63,866 nucleotides of DNA, taken from IMG/VR virus record IMGVR_UViG_3300010368_000012, positions 1 through 63,866 of that record. One strand, given 5' to 3'. The notes under the pieces are model-generated. The model saw only the letters and a program-made list of their open reading frames with translations. It made no database searches and was not told the DNA's origin. This stretch comes from a virus. Taxonomy: Duplodnaviria; Caudoviricetes. Both the position numbers and the translations under genes were made by a program. Shown one piece after another: positions 19,501 through 28,316 of the stretch. The first letter of the stretch is position 1. Each line of letters begins with the position of its first letter.

Positions 19501-19740
19501 GTGGCTAAGTCAACTATCAACACCGTTCCTCAACGGATTCTATCTGAACTAAACATCGCTCGTGGCCGTGGCCGCACCTGTCAGGAAATCGTTTCACGTT
19601 ACGACCTCAACCGTGGTTCCGTTTCTACCCGTCTGTCCGAACTCGTGGCAAACGGAATGATCGTGGAAAATACGACACGCGAAAATACCCGTGGTACACC
19701 TGTTACGGTATATACACTTCCGGTATACGCTACCGTATAA
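19501..19740 (+). CDS. winged helix-turn-helix DNA-binding protein
   Basis: TCQEIVSRYDLNRGSVSTRLSELVANGMI followed by a beta wing; AAGGAG RBS, GTG start. Confidence 0.85.
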   Translation: MAKSTINTVPQRILSELNIARGRGRTCQEIVSRYDLNRGSVSTRLSELVANGMIVENTTRENTRGTPVTVYTLPVYATV

Positions 19741-19770
19741 ACATATCCTTTTAATTTAGACGACATCAAA

Positions 19771-19809
19771 AAGAGGAACCTTGACAATCGTTGGGGTTCC
19801 TCTTATTTT
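19771..19809 (+). terminator. terminator-like hairpin containing a sigma70 -35 box
   Basis: AAGAGGAACC/GGTTCCTCTT stem; TTGACA (19781-19786) in the loop; TATTTT 17 nt later. Confidence 0.6.
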
Positions 19810-19829
19810 ATTTGAATAGGAGAAAATAT

Positions 19830-20045
19830 ATGTTTTGGGATTATGTCATTTACGGACTAATTGTGTTTATTATGGCGTTTTATGTTTTGTTTTCAACGCC
19901 GCGCTTATATAAAGCCGCTCAAAAGAAATTCGGTGCTACCGAATTGGCTAAAACCTATCCGTCATATAATGTATTCGCAAACTTAATGGCGTGGCGTAGA
20001 CTTATTGCAGCATTGATAATTCTGGGATTGACATTTCTTTTATAA
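19830..20045 (+). CDS. small two-TM membrane protein
   Basis: AGGAG RBS before MFWDY; two hydrophobic segments. Confidence 0.7.
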   Translation: MFWDYVIYGLIVFIMAFYVLFSTPRLYKAAQKKFGATELAKTYPSYNVFANLMAWRRLIAALIILGLTFLL

Positions 20046-20060
20046 CCATATAATAGTAAT

Positions 20061-20132
20061 GGTAGACGGCCCGTAGCTTAACACGGTGAAAAGCGCACGT
20101 ATGATGCATCTGCAAGTGGTGCCGGGTCTATC
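20061..20132 (+). pseudogene. possible degenerate tRNA or tRNA-like RNA
   Basis: GGCCCG-TA-GCTT-AACACGGTGAA-AAGC resembles an acceptor strand plus D-arm and can pair with CGGGTC; no TTC T-loop and no CCA. Confidence 0.35.
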
Positions 20133-20149
20133 AATCGGGAGAGAATATT

Positions 20150-20374
20150 ATGAGTGAAGAGAAAAAGACCATCTTTGTTATTTGTGCACCTGATAACAAA
20201 CCATGGGAAGACACTGTGTCGTTTTCTCGTGATCAAACAGTTTCCATCTTCCTGCATAAGTTTGGTGCGGATGCATGGAAGGTTCTTATTCCACATCATC
20301 TCCATTATGGTCTGATGACCGCTTATGAAAAAGTTGGTTTCAGTGTCAAAGAAATGTCCATCGTTGACGAATAA
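20150..20374 (+). CDS. hypothetical protein
   Basis: 74-aa ORF; GGGAG RBS. Confidence 0.7.
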   Translation: MSEEKKTIFVICAPDNKPWEDTVSFSRDQTVSIFLHKFGADAWKVLIPHHLHYGLMTAYEKVGFSVKEMSIVDE

Positions 20375-20408
20375 TGTCATATGATATGATCATCTAGGGA
20401 GATGATAC

Positions 20409-20774
20409 ATGACCAAAGCTGTTTATGAAACAACGATCACATACCAAAACAAAGACTTTCTTTTCCGTTATAATGTAGGCCACACTAATATTGAAATCAC
20501 CGAAGAAGAAGAAGAACGAGTCTTCGATGAAATCCGGGTGCATCTCTTTAATTCGGACAGTCAAGAAAAAGTAAATCAATGGTCGGTGAATGGTAATGGA
20601 TATCTTCGTGCCAATCTAACCCGATTGGCGAGATTGGACTTGCTTGATAGAACCACTGGACTTTCTCCAAATCTTCAGGCACTATTGGGTTCGATGATCA
20701 CTAGTGCCTTACCAATCTATATCGAACGCGAAGAACAATTTCATCGTCAGCGACAGTATGATGTGATAGGATAG
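20409..20774 (+). CDS. hypothetical protein
   Basis: 121-aa ORF; GGGAG RBS. Confidence 0.7.
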   Translation: MTKAVYETTITYQNKDFLFRYNVGHTNIEITEEEEERVFDEIRVHLFNSDSQEKVNQWSVNGNGYLRANLTRLARLDLLDRTTGLSPNLQALLGSMITSALPIYIEREEQFHRQRQYDVIG

Positions 20775-20777
20775 AAC

Positions 20778-21065
20778 ATGATTTCACACGATAGTGATAA
20801 AGTCGTATGTGGACTCAATCTTCTTTACACGGGGAACAACAAAGCATATATTAGCTACATGGAAGAAGCGGACTTTACCGTTGTTCCATCTGCAAGATAC
20901 AGGATGATAAAACGTTGTCCTGATCTTTGTTGGTCTGGGTATCTATTCAATGTGATGTTCAATCGTATTGAAGATGGTAAGGAAATGGCGAAGAAGTTCG
21001 AGATAAAACTTCATCATTGTAGTATCATTGATGGCCGGATAGTTTTCGGCGATGAAATAGGATAA
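20778..21065 (+). CDS. hypothetical protein
   Basis: 95-aa ORF; AGGA RBS. Confidence 0.65.
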   Translation: MISHDSDKVVCGLNLLYTGNNKAYISYMEEADFTVVPSARYRMIKRCPDLCWSGYLFNVMFNRIEDGKEMAKKFEIKLHHCSIIDGRIVFGDEIG

Positions 21066-21075
21066 GTAAAGGTAT

Positions 21076-21150
21076 ACCCTCGTAGCTCAGCGGAAGAGCA
21101 TCGGATTTCTACTCCGAGTGTCGGGAGTTCGATTCTCTCCGAGGGTGCCA
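21076..21150 (+). tRNA. tRNA-Arg (anticodon TCT)
   Basis: ACCCTCG/CGAGGGT acceptor stem, GCTC/GAGC D-stem with A20, TCGGA-TTTCTAC-TCCGA anticodon arm, GTTCGA T-loop, encoded CCA. Confidence 0.92.
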
Positions 21151-21167
21151 TTTCTTTAGAGGTTGTT

Positions 21168-21338
21168 ATGACCAGCAAACGAAGCAACAAGCGTGCCGCA
21201 CGTAAGAAAGCATTACGTAATACGATCAGTAGCCGTGTAACACATATCCCAATGAATATGGCCAAACATGGTTATGGTCGTGGTCCACGTCGATTAAAAC
21301 GAACACCAGAAAGTATTTCCAATGGGCAGCTGGAATGA
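21168..21338 (+). CDS. small Arg/Lys-rich protein (not in ORF track)
   Basis: GAGG RBS; MTSKRSNKRAARKKALRN...NGQLE*, 56 aa. Confidence 0.55.
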   Translation: MTSKRSNKRAARKKALRNTISSRVTHIPMNMAKHGYGRGPRRLKRTPESISNGQLE

Positions 21339-22287
21339 AACTTGCGCCGTATCTAATATAGGTATCGGAGAGGGTGATAAGACTGTAACCGTATTGGTTA
21401 ATACATCACCAAATAGCAAATCCAATATTTTACATGGTGGCCGCTATCATAATATGTTTGGTCTACCATTTCTAACGACCTATAAAGATTGCGGTGATTT
21501 CGAAGCTGACGCGGATCAACCTGCTTTTGATGTTACACTGGGTGAACTTAAAAAGCTTCTGGTCCCTATCGAGCAGGGTGAAAACGAGTATCACGATATT
21601 CCCGTGAACATCGGACTTATGACCGAATCATACATGTGGGATGTTCTTCGTGAACAGCGCTTGTTTATCAAATGTGATATGACCGGGAAGACGGTGCAGG
21701 TTGAAGCCCTTAATATCCGGCGCGATGTTTGGGATCACATCTTTAATGAATTCACCATCAGCACCAGCTTTGATCGTCAATCATATGTGCAAATGGGATT
21801 TGAAGAATATTTGATTAATGTTATCAAAGAATATGAAGACAAAATTCTTAAAACATATAATCAGTTTGCGGCAACAAATGCATTTTCCAAGGCAACGATT
21901 GCTGAAACTATTGATTATCCATCAATGAATCAAGACTGCCTTGAATATACGATGGCGATGTCAATGAGTGACATGGGTATCTATATGCGAGAATGTTATG
22001 GATACGGATCATGCTTCCGGCCAATGGATCACATTGCAGCTTGTGTCCGGTCCAAAGAATATACAAAGATCAATATTTTTCTACGTATGACAATGATGGG
22101 CGTTTGGTTACACTCATACTTGACTTATAATAATCGACAAATTACCACTGCCGGGTATTCAGGACAAATGGTTCGAACCAAATCAATCCGTGCACACGCA
22201 AACATGCTGCTATCAGTATGTGATGCACTTGATGAAGAGCGCCGCCTTGAATGTGAAGAATGGGGCGACGATTACAACGAAGAATAA
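21322..22287 (+). CDS. hypothetical phage protein
   Basis: 321-aa ORF starting MGSWNETCAVSN. Confidence 0.8.
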   Translation: MGSWNETCAVSNIGIGEGDKTVTVLVNTSPNSKSNILHGGRYHNMFGLPFLTTYKDCGDFEADADQPAFDVTLGELKKLLVPIEQGENEYHDIPVNIGLMTESYMWDVLREQRLFIKCDMTGKTVQVEALNIRRDVWDHIFNEFTISTSFDRQSYVQMGFEEYLINVIKEYEDKILKTYNQFAATNAFSKATIAETIDYPSMNQDCLEYTMAMSMSDMGIYMRECYGYGSCFRPMDHIAACVRSKEYTKINIFLRMTMMGVWLHSYLTYNNRQITTAGYSGQMVRTKSIRAHANMLLSVCDALDEERRLECEEWGDDYNEE

Positions 22288-22364
22288 GGCTCCGTATCTC
22301 AACTGGATAGAGAATTCGCCTTCTAAGCGAAATGTTGCGTGTTCGAGTCACGCCGGAGTCACCA
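22288..22364 (+). tRNA. tRNA-Arg (anticodon TCT), second divergent copy
   Basis: GGCTCCG/CGGAGTC acceptor stem, TTCGC-CTTCTAA-GCGAA anticodon arm, GTTCGA T-loop, encoded CCA. Confidence 0.92.
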
Positions 22365-22365
22365 T

Positions 22366-22394
22366 TTGACAGTATTGCATTAAACTGTTATCAA
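22366..22394 (+). promoter_or_regulatory. sigma70-type promoter
   Basis: TTGACA-17-TATCAA with TG extension. Confidence 0.5.
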
Positions 22395-22414
22395 TATCGA
22401 AAGAGAGGTTTACC

Positions 22415-22960
22415 ATGTTCAAAATTAAAAATTCCCGTGACAGACTTAAAGAACACTTTGTGTTTCGTCTGGATGAAGCATCAAACAAAGCCCTTCCACC
22501 TTCCACAATCGAAGCGATGGCCGAATCCCTCGTGCTTCTGTCGCCTGATACAATGGCATTGACGCACGAATATATGGTAACAGAAGCACCACCATTGGAT
22601 GATTCACTGAAGACCGATGGTGACCTTGGTATTTTTTCAACGGTCAATCTTTCTCTATTGCGAGAAAGAACTGAAAAGTTCGGACGTGCCGCTGAAAAGG
22701 GCATCGGGCTTGGCCTTAATGCTTTTCGTGGTGCCATTTCCACCGCTAAGGATAGCTATCACGCGGCCCGTGTTTCCAATAGCGATGAACTTCTTGAAGC
22801 AACAATCACTCTCATCGATAAGAACAATAATCAATTCGATATCGTACCAGAGTCTAAGATGATTGATGATATCGCTAATACAATGAATCTACCCAACAAA
22901 TGGGCGAAGGTCATCTATTTCAAAGCGATGGCGACCACAGCTTCACGCAGCAAGTCGTAA
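22415..22960 (+). CDS. hypothetical protein
   Basis: 181-aa ORF; GAGG RBS. Confidence 0.75.
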   Translation: MFKIKNSRDRLKEHFVFRLDEASNKALPPSTIEAMAESLVLLSPDTMALTHEYMVTEAPPLDDSLKTDGDLGIFSTVNLSLLRERTEKFGRAAEKGIGLGLNAFRGAISTAKDSYHAARVSNSDELLEATITLIDKNNNQFDIVPESKMIDDIANTMNLPNKWAKVIYFKAMATTASRSKS

Positions 22961-23200
22961 TTTTTGTCGGTGCCCGATGTGAAATAGCATCGGGTGCCGG
23001 TCAAACATCTGATCAAAGCCTTTTATGTTCTGATCCCATTTATTAAGATCAAACATAAACTGAGAACCGATGAGCACGACCACCGGAAAATAAATCCCAT
23101 GGTCGTGCAATCGGTCTAATGCGTCAAAGATGGTTGAACCAGTCTTAGGTGTAACGAGCATATGATATCCATAGGGTGACCTACAGCTATCATATGACAA
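22943..23200 (-). CDS. hypothetical protein
   Basis: 85-aa ORF overlapping the end of the phosphoesterase gene. Confidence 0.55.
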   Translation of the reverse strand: MSYDSCRSPYGYHMLVTPKTGSTIFDALDRLHDHGIYFPVVVLIGSQFMFDLNKWDQNIKGFDQMFDRHPMLFHIGHRQKLRLAA

Positions 23201-23963
23201 TTAGCAGCGGTTCAAAGGGTGGCTGTTTCGTTGAAACCCGTTCACCCGGATATCCAAGCTGACGGCTCACTACACGTGTGTGACCAAGTTCGAAGTCCAC
23301 ATCCCAATGCGTGTGACCAAAGGCCCACAGCAGCGGTCCATCTTCGGTGATCTGATCATCCCACTCGTTACAGAAAGCACCATTCAACGGACTACCAATG
23401 AATTCTGGTGCAACACATAACTTCGATGGTGCATGGTGAGTTAGAACCACACAATCATCCCGACCGGCCTTGGCGATTTCAGAAAAGATGAATTCCTTTT
23501 CTTCAGCATTCATTTCTGCGGCTTGTTCAGGTGAGAACAATCCCTCGTCAGTATGAATAACCCGGTGATCATTGATGCCGGTTTTTGCTGCCGCCATGGC
23601 TATGACCTTGGGAACCGTTGTGTTGATTTCATAATCAGTCCACAGGGTTGCACCAATGAACGTGACTCCACCAATTTTCACAGTACCCTTATCGAGAAGA
23701 ATGATTCCAAACTCTTCGGCAAGCTCATGAATATTTTCATTCATAACCGCAAAGTTATGTTTGTAGTATTCATGGTTACCAATGATGTAGATGACTTCCC
23801 GACCTTCTTTGGCATCCTTCACCTTCTTCATCATGTGAAGAGGATCAGTGCCATTGCCAATATCACCGAGAAAGACGACAACATCAGCATCGCCATAATC
23901 GATTTCAGGAAACCATTGCTTCCATATTTCCATATGGAGGTCAGATACAATTGCAAGTAACAT
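23190..23963 (-). CDS. calcineurin-like metallophosphoesterase
   Basis: SDLH, LGD, GNHE, THH, FGHTH motifs. Confidence 0.92.
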   Translation of the reverse strand: MLLAIVSDLHMEIWKQWFPEIDYGDADVVVFLGDIGNGTDPLHMMKKVKDAKEGREVIYIIGNHEYYKHNFAVMNENIHELAEEFGIILLDKGTVKIGGVTFIGATLWTDYEINTTVPKVIAMAAAKTGINDHRVIHTDEGLFSPEQAAEMNAEEKEFIFSEIAKAGRDDCVVLTHHAPSKLCVAPEFIGSPLNGAFCNEWDDQITEDGPLLWAFGHTHWDVDFELGHTRVVSRQLGYPGERVSTKQPPFEPLLIVI

Positions 23964-23964
23964 C

Positions 23965-24456
23965 TTATTTCTTCTTCAGGTAAACGTTAACGTCATAATT
24001 ATATTCCGTCTCACCATTATTATATGAGTTCTTCCATGAGGATGCAAGGGAAAACATATCTTCTTGTAATGGTGGGAAGAATACATCGCCACCAATATCT
24101 CTATGGATTTCAGTGATATAAAGTTTATCAGCCAATGGGAGATATTGAGCATAAAGATCAGCACCACCAATGATGAAGATTTCACCCATTGACGCCAATT
24201 CTCTAATTCGATTGGGTTCACTGAGTTGAATAACATTTGGATACAAACGCTCAACGGTTCGAGTCATAACCACATTGATTCGATCAGCCAATGGTTTACA
24301 TCCCATGGATTCAAAAGTCTTACGACCCATGACCACGGTTTTACCAACGGTCAATGTCTTGAAGAATTTCAAATCATCTGGAATATACCAAGGGATTGTT
24401 CCGTCTTTTCCGATTGCTCTATTTGAATCATGAGCAACGATCATACTAATTGTCAT
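23965..24456 (-). CDS. folA: dihydrofolate reductase
   Basis: IGKDGTIPW..DLKFFK, VMGRKTFES, IIGGADLY, GDVFFP. Confidence 0.95.
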   Translation of the reverse strand: MTISMIVAHDSNRAIGKDGTIPWYIPDDLKFFKTLTVGKTVVMGRKTFESMGCKPLADRINVVMTRTVERLYPNVIQLSEPNRIRELASMGEIFIIGGADLYAQYLPLADKLYITEIHRDIGGDVFFPPLQEDMFSLASSWKNSYNNGETEYNYDVNVYLKKK

Positions 24457-24477
24457 TTGATTTACTTTCCGGTTGAC

Positions 24478-25347
24478 TTATACGGCGATGATGCCTTTTA
24501 GTGCTGGTTCTGATATATAGTTATCCAATGTGAAGTGCTCGATCTTCATATCATCCCAATCCAAATCCTTTACGACAGGATCAATTACAAGTTTGGGTGC
24601 TGGAAACATGCGGCGGCGATGGGTTTGAGTATCCACAGCATCCAAATGATTTACATACAAATGAGCATCGCCCAATGTGTGATGTAAAATGCCCGGTTCC
24701 AAATCAACCTTCAATGCAATGATCGATAGCAACAATGCATATGAAGCAATATTGAATGGCACGCCTAAGAATGTATCCGCACTACGTTGATACAATTGGC
24801 AATCCAAATATTTGTTTTGTCTAACATAGAACTGAACAAATGCATGGCAAGGTGGCAAAGCCATGTCATGACGCATACCGGGATTCCATGCACATACAAT
24901 ATGTCGCCTATCGTTTCGATTTTCTTTTAGACCGGTGACGAGTTGTTCAATTTGATCAACACTGCCCGCTAACGATGGATCACCATCATCCCAATCAACC
25001 CTTGGGAAATTACGCCACTGATAACCATAGACAGGACCAAGGTCACCATTCTCATCAGCCCATTCATCCCAAATATGAATGTTGTCATCCTGTAGTGATT
25101 TGATATTGGTTTCACCACGCAAGAACCACAGTAGTTCACCAACAATGCCTTTCCAATATATTTTCTTTGAAGTCAATATAGGGAAAGAGTAATTCAAATC
25201 ATACTGACAATGAGAATGGAATATCGATAATGTATCAGTACCAGTACGAGATGTCTTAATCTCACCTTCTTCTAAGATGCGATACAGAAGATCGAAATAC
25301 TGACGTTCATTCGCATATGGATATTCTGATTCTGGTAAGTTAGACAT
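24478..25347 (-). CDS. thyA: thymidylate synthase (ThyA type)
   Basis: ELLWFL, GPVYGYQWR, MALPPCH, YQRSADTFLGVPFNIASY, GDAHLYVNH. Confidence 0.97.
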   Translation of the reverse strand: MSNLPESEYPYANERQYFDLLYRILEEGEIKTSRTGTDTLSIFHSHCQYDLNYSFPILTSKKIYWKGIVGELLWFLRGETNIKSLQDDNIHIWDEWADENGDLGPVYGYQWRNFPRVDWDDGDPSLAGSVDQIEQLVTGLKENRNDRRHIVCAWNPGMRHDMALPPCHAFVQFYVRQNKYLDCQLYQRSADTFLGVPFNIASYALLLSIIALKVDLEPGILHHTLGDAHLYVNHLDAVDTQTHRRRMFPAPKLVIDPVVKDLDWDDMKIEHFTLDNYISEPALKGIIAV

Positions 25348-25357
25348 ACTGACTCTC

Positions 25358-25885
25358 TTATTTGATTATCTTGGGTTGATCGGGTGAGAAGTTCTCAGGA
25401 AGGATCAAGCCCGGTTTGATAAGTTTCTTTGTGGTTGGGGTGACTGCAATCTTGTTGACGAACTCTTGTGCAGCGTTACCCATAGCGGAAATAAAGCTGG
25501 GTGCTTTACCTTCACGAATAGCAACCTTGGCATCGACATCGGACGAATTCAAAATAGTCACTTCTATGTCTTTGGTTTTATTACCTTCTTGAAGCAGGGT
25601 GTATATCCAATCGTTCTCACGTTGGATGTAACACGAGTGCTGGAAGATATCACCACCGACATAAATCATGGCTACGAAGAGCATCTGATTGATTTCTAAG
25701 TTGAATTCAAACGGGTCTTCTGAATCATCGGGGGTTTTGTATTCACCGATGACCTTGATCAACTCTGGATATTCATCAACTCTCACATATGCGTAAGAAC
25801 CCTTGCGCTCTACAACCAGAGCCAAGGCGTGTGCCAATGAAGTCTTTATACCGTTATCATCGGTAAAGGTTACATCATAAATCAT
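25358..25885 (-). CDS. hypothetical protein
   Basis: 175-aa ORF within the operon. Confidence 0.75.
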   Translation of the reverse strand: MIYDVTFTDDNGIKTSLAHALALVVERKGSYAYVRVDEYPELIKVIGEYKTPDDSEDPFEFNLEINQMLFVAMIYVGGDIFQHSCYIQRENDWIYTLLQEGNKTKDIEVTILNSSDVDAKVAIREGKAPSFISAMGNAAQEFVNKIAVTPTTKKLIKPGLILPENFSPDQPKIIK

Positions 25886-26165
25886 TTAGTTCTTCCTTAG
25901 TGATCATTTTGATTTCTGTAATTTCATACCCATCGTCTTGTGATGAGAGAAGAACCTGAAGACCGCCACCATGATATGGAATAACCAAGAGTATGGTTTC
26001 ATCTTCACTGGTATGAATGAAAACACTATCGCCTTCATCCAAATTATATATTTCGTCTTCGGTTGCATATGCAGCTGGTAATTCGAAGGTCGTATCCTTA
26101 CCTATTTTCAAGGTGGCGCGGCGACCTACAGCAACAACCGTAGCTTTTTGAAATTTGATATTCAT
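25875..26165 (-). CDS. hypothetical protein
   Basis: 96-aa ORF within the operon. Confidence 0.7.
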   Translation of the reverse strand: MNIKFQKATVVAVGRRATLKIGKDTTFELPAAYATEDEIYNLDEGDSVFIHTSEDETILLVIPYHGGGLQVLLSSQDDGYEITEIKMITKEELNDL

Positions 26166-26166
26166 A

Positions 26167-26763
26167 TCAGCTTCCTAACATTAATCGATGTTGAAACGGT
26201 GGTTCAGATAATGTCTCAACCAGTTTCATGATCTTGTGTGCACGATCTTCAGGTGAACCAGCACCAACCGTTAATACCTTCTTCCACAAATCCAATTTAT
26301 GAAGTTCGGCAAACATGAGATTATCCATAAGGTTTTGAAATACTGGATTACCGTATCGAACATCATCACCAACTGGTGCAAAGGTGATGGGGAAATAACA
26401 AATGAAATCATATTGTCTCATATTCTCTTTAATCAGCTTGCGCTTTTCCATGAACATGGGGTGATCCATTGCTTCATAACAACGAACCTGCTGATAACAA
26501 AAATTATCAAGTATGGTACGATCAGAAAGAAATCCTCTGTCACATTTATTTTCGGCTTCAACCCGAACAGCATATATATCTTCTTGCAACCGAAGCTTGT
26601 CTTGGAATGTCATCGTCTCTTGATCAACTTCGGTGATGTTCCATTTGTTATAAACAGATCGGGTATTTGATGGCAGCACGGGTATATCAGGATACATTTC
26701 TGATAAGATGTTGAGCGTTGTTGTTTTGCCAGTGCCGCCAGCACCCGTGAAACCAATTTTCAT
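26167..26763 (-). CDS. P-loop nucleotide kinase (NadR/AAA_28-like)
   Basis: N-terminal GAGGTGKTT and FLSDRTILD motifs. Confidence 0.8.
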   Translation of the reverse strand: MKIGFTGAGGTGKTTTLNILSEMYPDIPVLPSNTRSVYNKWNITEVDQETMTFQDKLRLQEDIYAVRVEAENKCDRGFLSDRTILDNFCYQQVRCYEAMDHPMFMEKRKLIKENMRQYDFICYFPITFAPVGDDVRYGNPVFQNLMDNLMFAELHKLDLWKKVLTVGAGSPEDRAHKIMKLVETLSEPPFQHRLMLGS

Positions 26764-27296
26764 TTCTTTTTCTTCTTTCCGCCAGCTTTAGTCAAAAGCT
26801 CATTCAATTTATCTTCCTGATTGATCAAATGACCAGCCAAGGCAATTCCCAATGCGTCACTATGGTCATCAGAGACAAACATAACGGATGGGTATTTCTC
26901 ACTAAGGTGGGTTGAGATGCGTTCTTTATCACTGCCACCATACCCAATGGATTTTAATTTCCACTCAGTGACTATTATAGGATAAAATTTGATATTGTTC
27001 TTCGCACAGATGGCTTCAGTTACATATCGAAGGTAACCATACGAGTGACCAGCAAGCGTGCTTACGTGTCGCCTAACATCTTCCATGATAACGAAATCAG
27101 GTTCAGACTCAGGGATTTTAACCTCAAGCCAATCCATGACATCCAACCACTTCTTTCCGCGTGGAATACCGCGTTTTTCCTGTTGAACCTTCGTTGGGAA
27201 ATTAAATTTATTGACGCCACCATCAATATAGGTAGCATCTTCTAAGATTGTCCAACCGAAAGAACCAGCAGGGTCTAAACCAAGTATACGTGTCAT
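26760..27296 (-). CDS. RuvC-like Holliday junction resolvase
   Basis: ILGLDP, VIMED, EWK..G.G.SDK, DDHSDALGIA acidic tetrad. Confidence 0.85.
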   Translation of the reverse strand: MTRILGLDPAGSFGWTILEDATYIDGGVNKFNFPTKVQQEKRGIPRGKKWLDVMDWLEVKIPESEPDFVIMEDVRRHVSTLAGHSYGYLRYVTEAICAKNNIKFYPIIVTEWKLKSIGYGGSDKERISTHLSEKYPSVMFVSDDHSDALGIALAGHLINQEDKLNELLTKAGGKKKKK

Positions 27297-27322
27297 CCAT
27301 ATACTTAGAACAGAACTGAGTA

Positions 27323-28021
27323 TTATTTCACGGCTGTTGTGGTTGTCATCGAATAGTCACCAACTACAGCTGTACTCATACCAGAATTCCCATACCATAC
27401 ACCGCGCCCGGAATATGGTACTGGTGGTTTCTTGTTTAGGTCTTCTAAAATCTTACCCCAATTCCTTTTGGATATATAATCGTCTTCTACTGTTGAATCG
27501 GTTTTCCATGCCTTCATATCAATGTTGGAAAACAATACATTAACCATCACCATATCATTCTTGCTTTCAAACCAGAAACGATCCGAATGATACCAAACCT
27601 TACCCTTACAAGTGAAATATATATGTAACCAAAGCTTCTTAACATTGTCAGCGATATCACTATTAGTGATATTCAACATGTTTTGTTCAAATGCTATATT
27701 ACCAGCAACTGACAATGGGGTTTTATTGGCTTGATCATTGAAATCATCAGCATCATCCCATAATTTTTCCGGTAGATCACGAAATTCGGGTGTCTCAATG
27801 AACTCTGCAAACCGTGTAGCCATGTCACTATCAGTGAAAGCTACCAATTCGGGATCAACTCGAACAAATTTACCATCACCACCAGTGTTGAACCAACCGA
27901 GTGCTTCCAATTGTGCCCGATGATTTCCGGTGGGGAATGCAACAAAATACCAAGCCACGCTCTTGTTACCTTCATCCAGTAACTCAGTGGTTATTCTCGC
28001 GTGTCCATTGTCGATGATCAT
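27323..28021 (-). CDS. hypothetical protein
   Basis: 232-aa ORF; GGAG RBS. Confidence 0.75.
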   Translation of the reverse strand: MIIDNGHARITTELLDEGNKSVAWYFVAFPTGNHRAQLEALGWFNTGGDGKFVRVDPELVAFTDSDMATRFAEFIETPEFRDLPEKLWDDADDFNDQANKTPLSVAGNIAFEQNMLNITNSDIADNVKKLWLHIYFTCKGKVWYHSDRFWFESKNDMVMVNVLFSNIDMKAWKTDSTVEDDYISKRNWGKILEDLNKKPPVPYSGRGVWYGNSGMSTAVVGDYSMTTTTAVK

Positions 28022-28127
28022 AAAACATTCTCCATTATATTGACTACAAGCATATCATATGATATTTATAACGCTATTGACATTCGTTTCTTATCCCTAT
28101 AGGTATTACATACGAAAGGAGCACAAC

Positions 28128-28316
28128 ATGAGAAAAATTACATATCGCACCAAAGCATCATTGCTTATGGCTGAAGCCGTTGACCATTTGTCTCGTGGTG
28201 ATTCCAATCACGATGTGTTAGCGTTCGCCTGTATAACAAAAGCCGCTGACACTATCAAGGCAATTACAATGATTGAGAAACCGGCCAAAAAACTGGACAA
28301 ACGAGTATCACTCTAG
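28128..28316 (+). CDS. hypothetical protein
   Basis: AAGGAG RBS before MRKITY; TTGACA at 28077. Confidence 0.7.
   Translation: MRKITYRTKASLLMAEAVDHLSRGDSNHDVLAFACITKAADTIKAITMIEKPAKKLDKRVSL

Noticed and set aside
21014-21265. 83-aa minus-strand ORF (and 22332-22562 on the plus strand)
   Set aside because: They overlap tRNA genes and are spurious translations
21076-22364. Amber suppressor tRNAs or stop-codon reassignment (CTA appears in both anticodon loops)
   Set aside because: Stem pairing places TCT at positions 34-36 in both tRNAs; core genes are intact in the standard code and TAG, TGA and TAA all end genes
24478-25347. Intron in thyA, or a dCMP/dUMP hydroxymethylase
   Set aside because: The ORF is continuous at normal length with canonical ThyA motifs including PFNIASY
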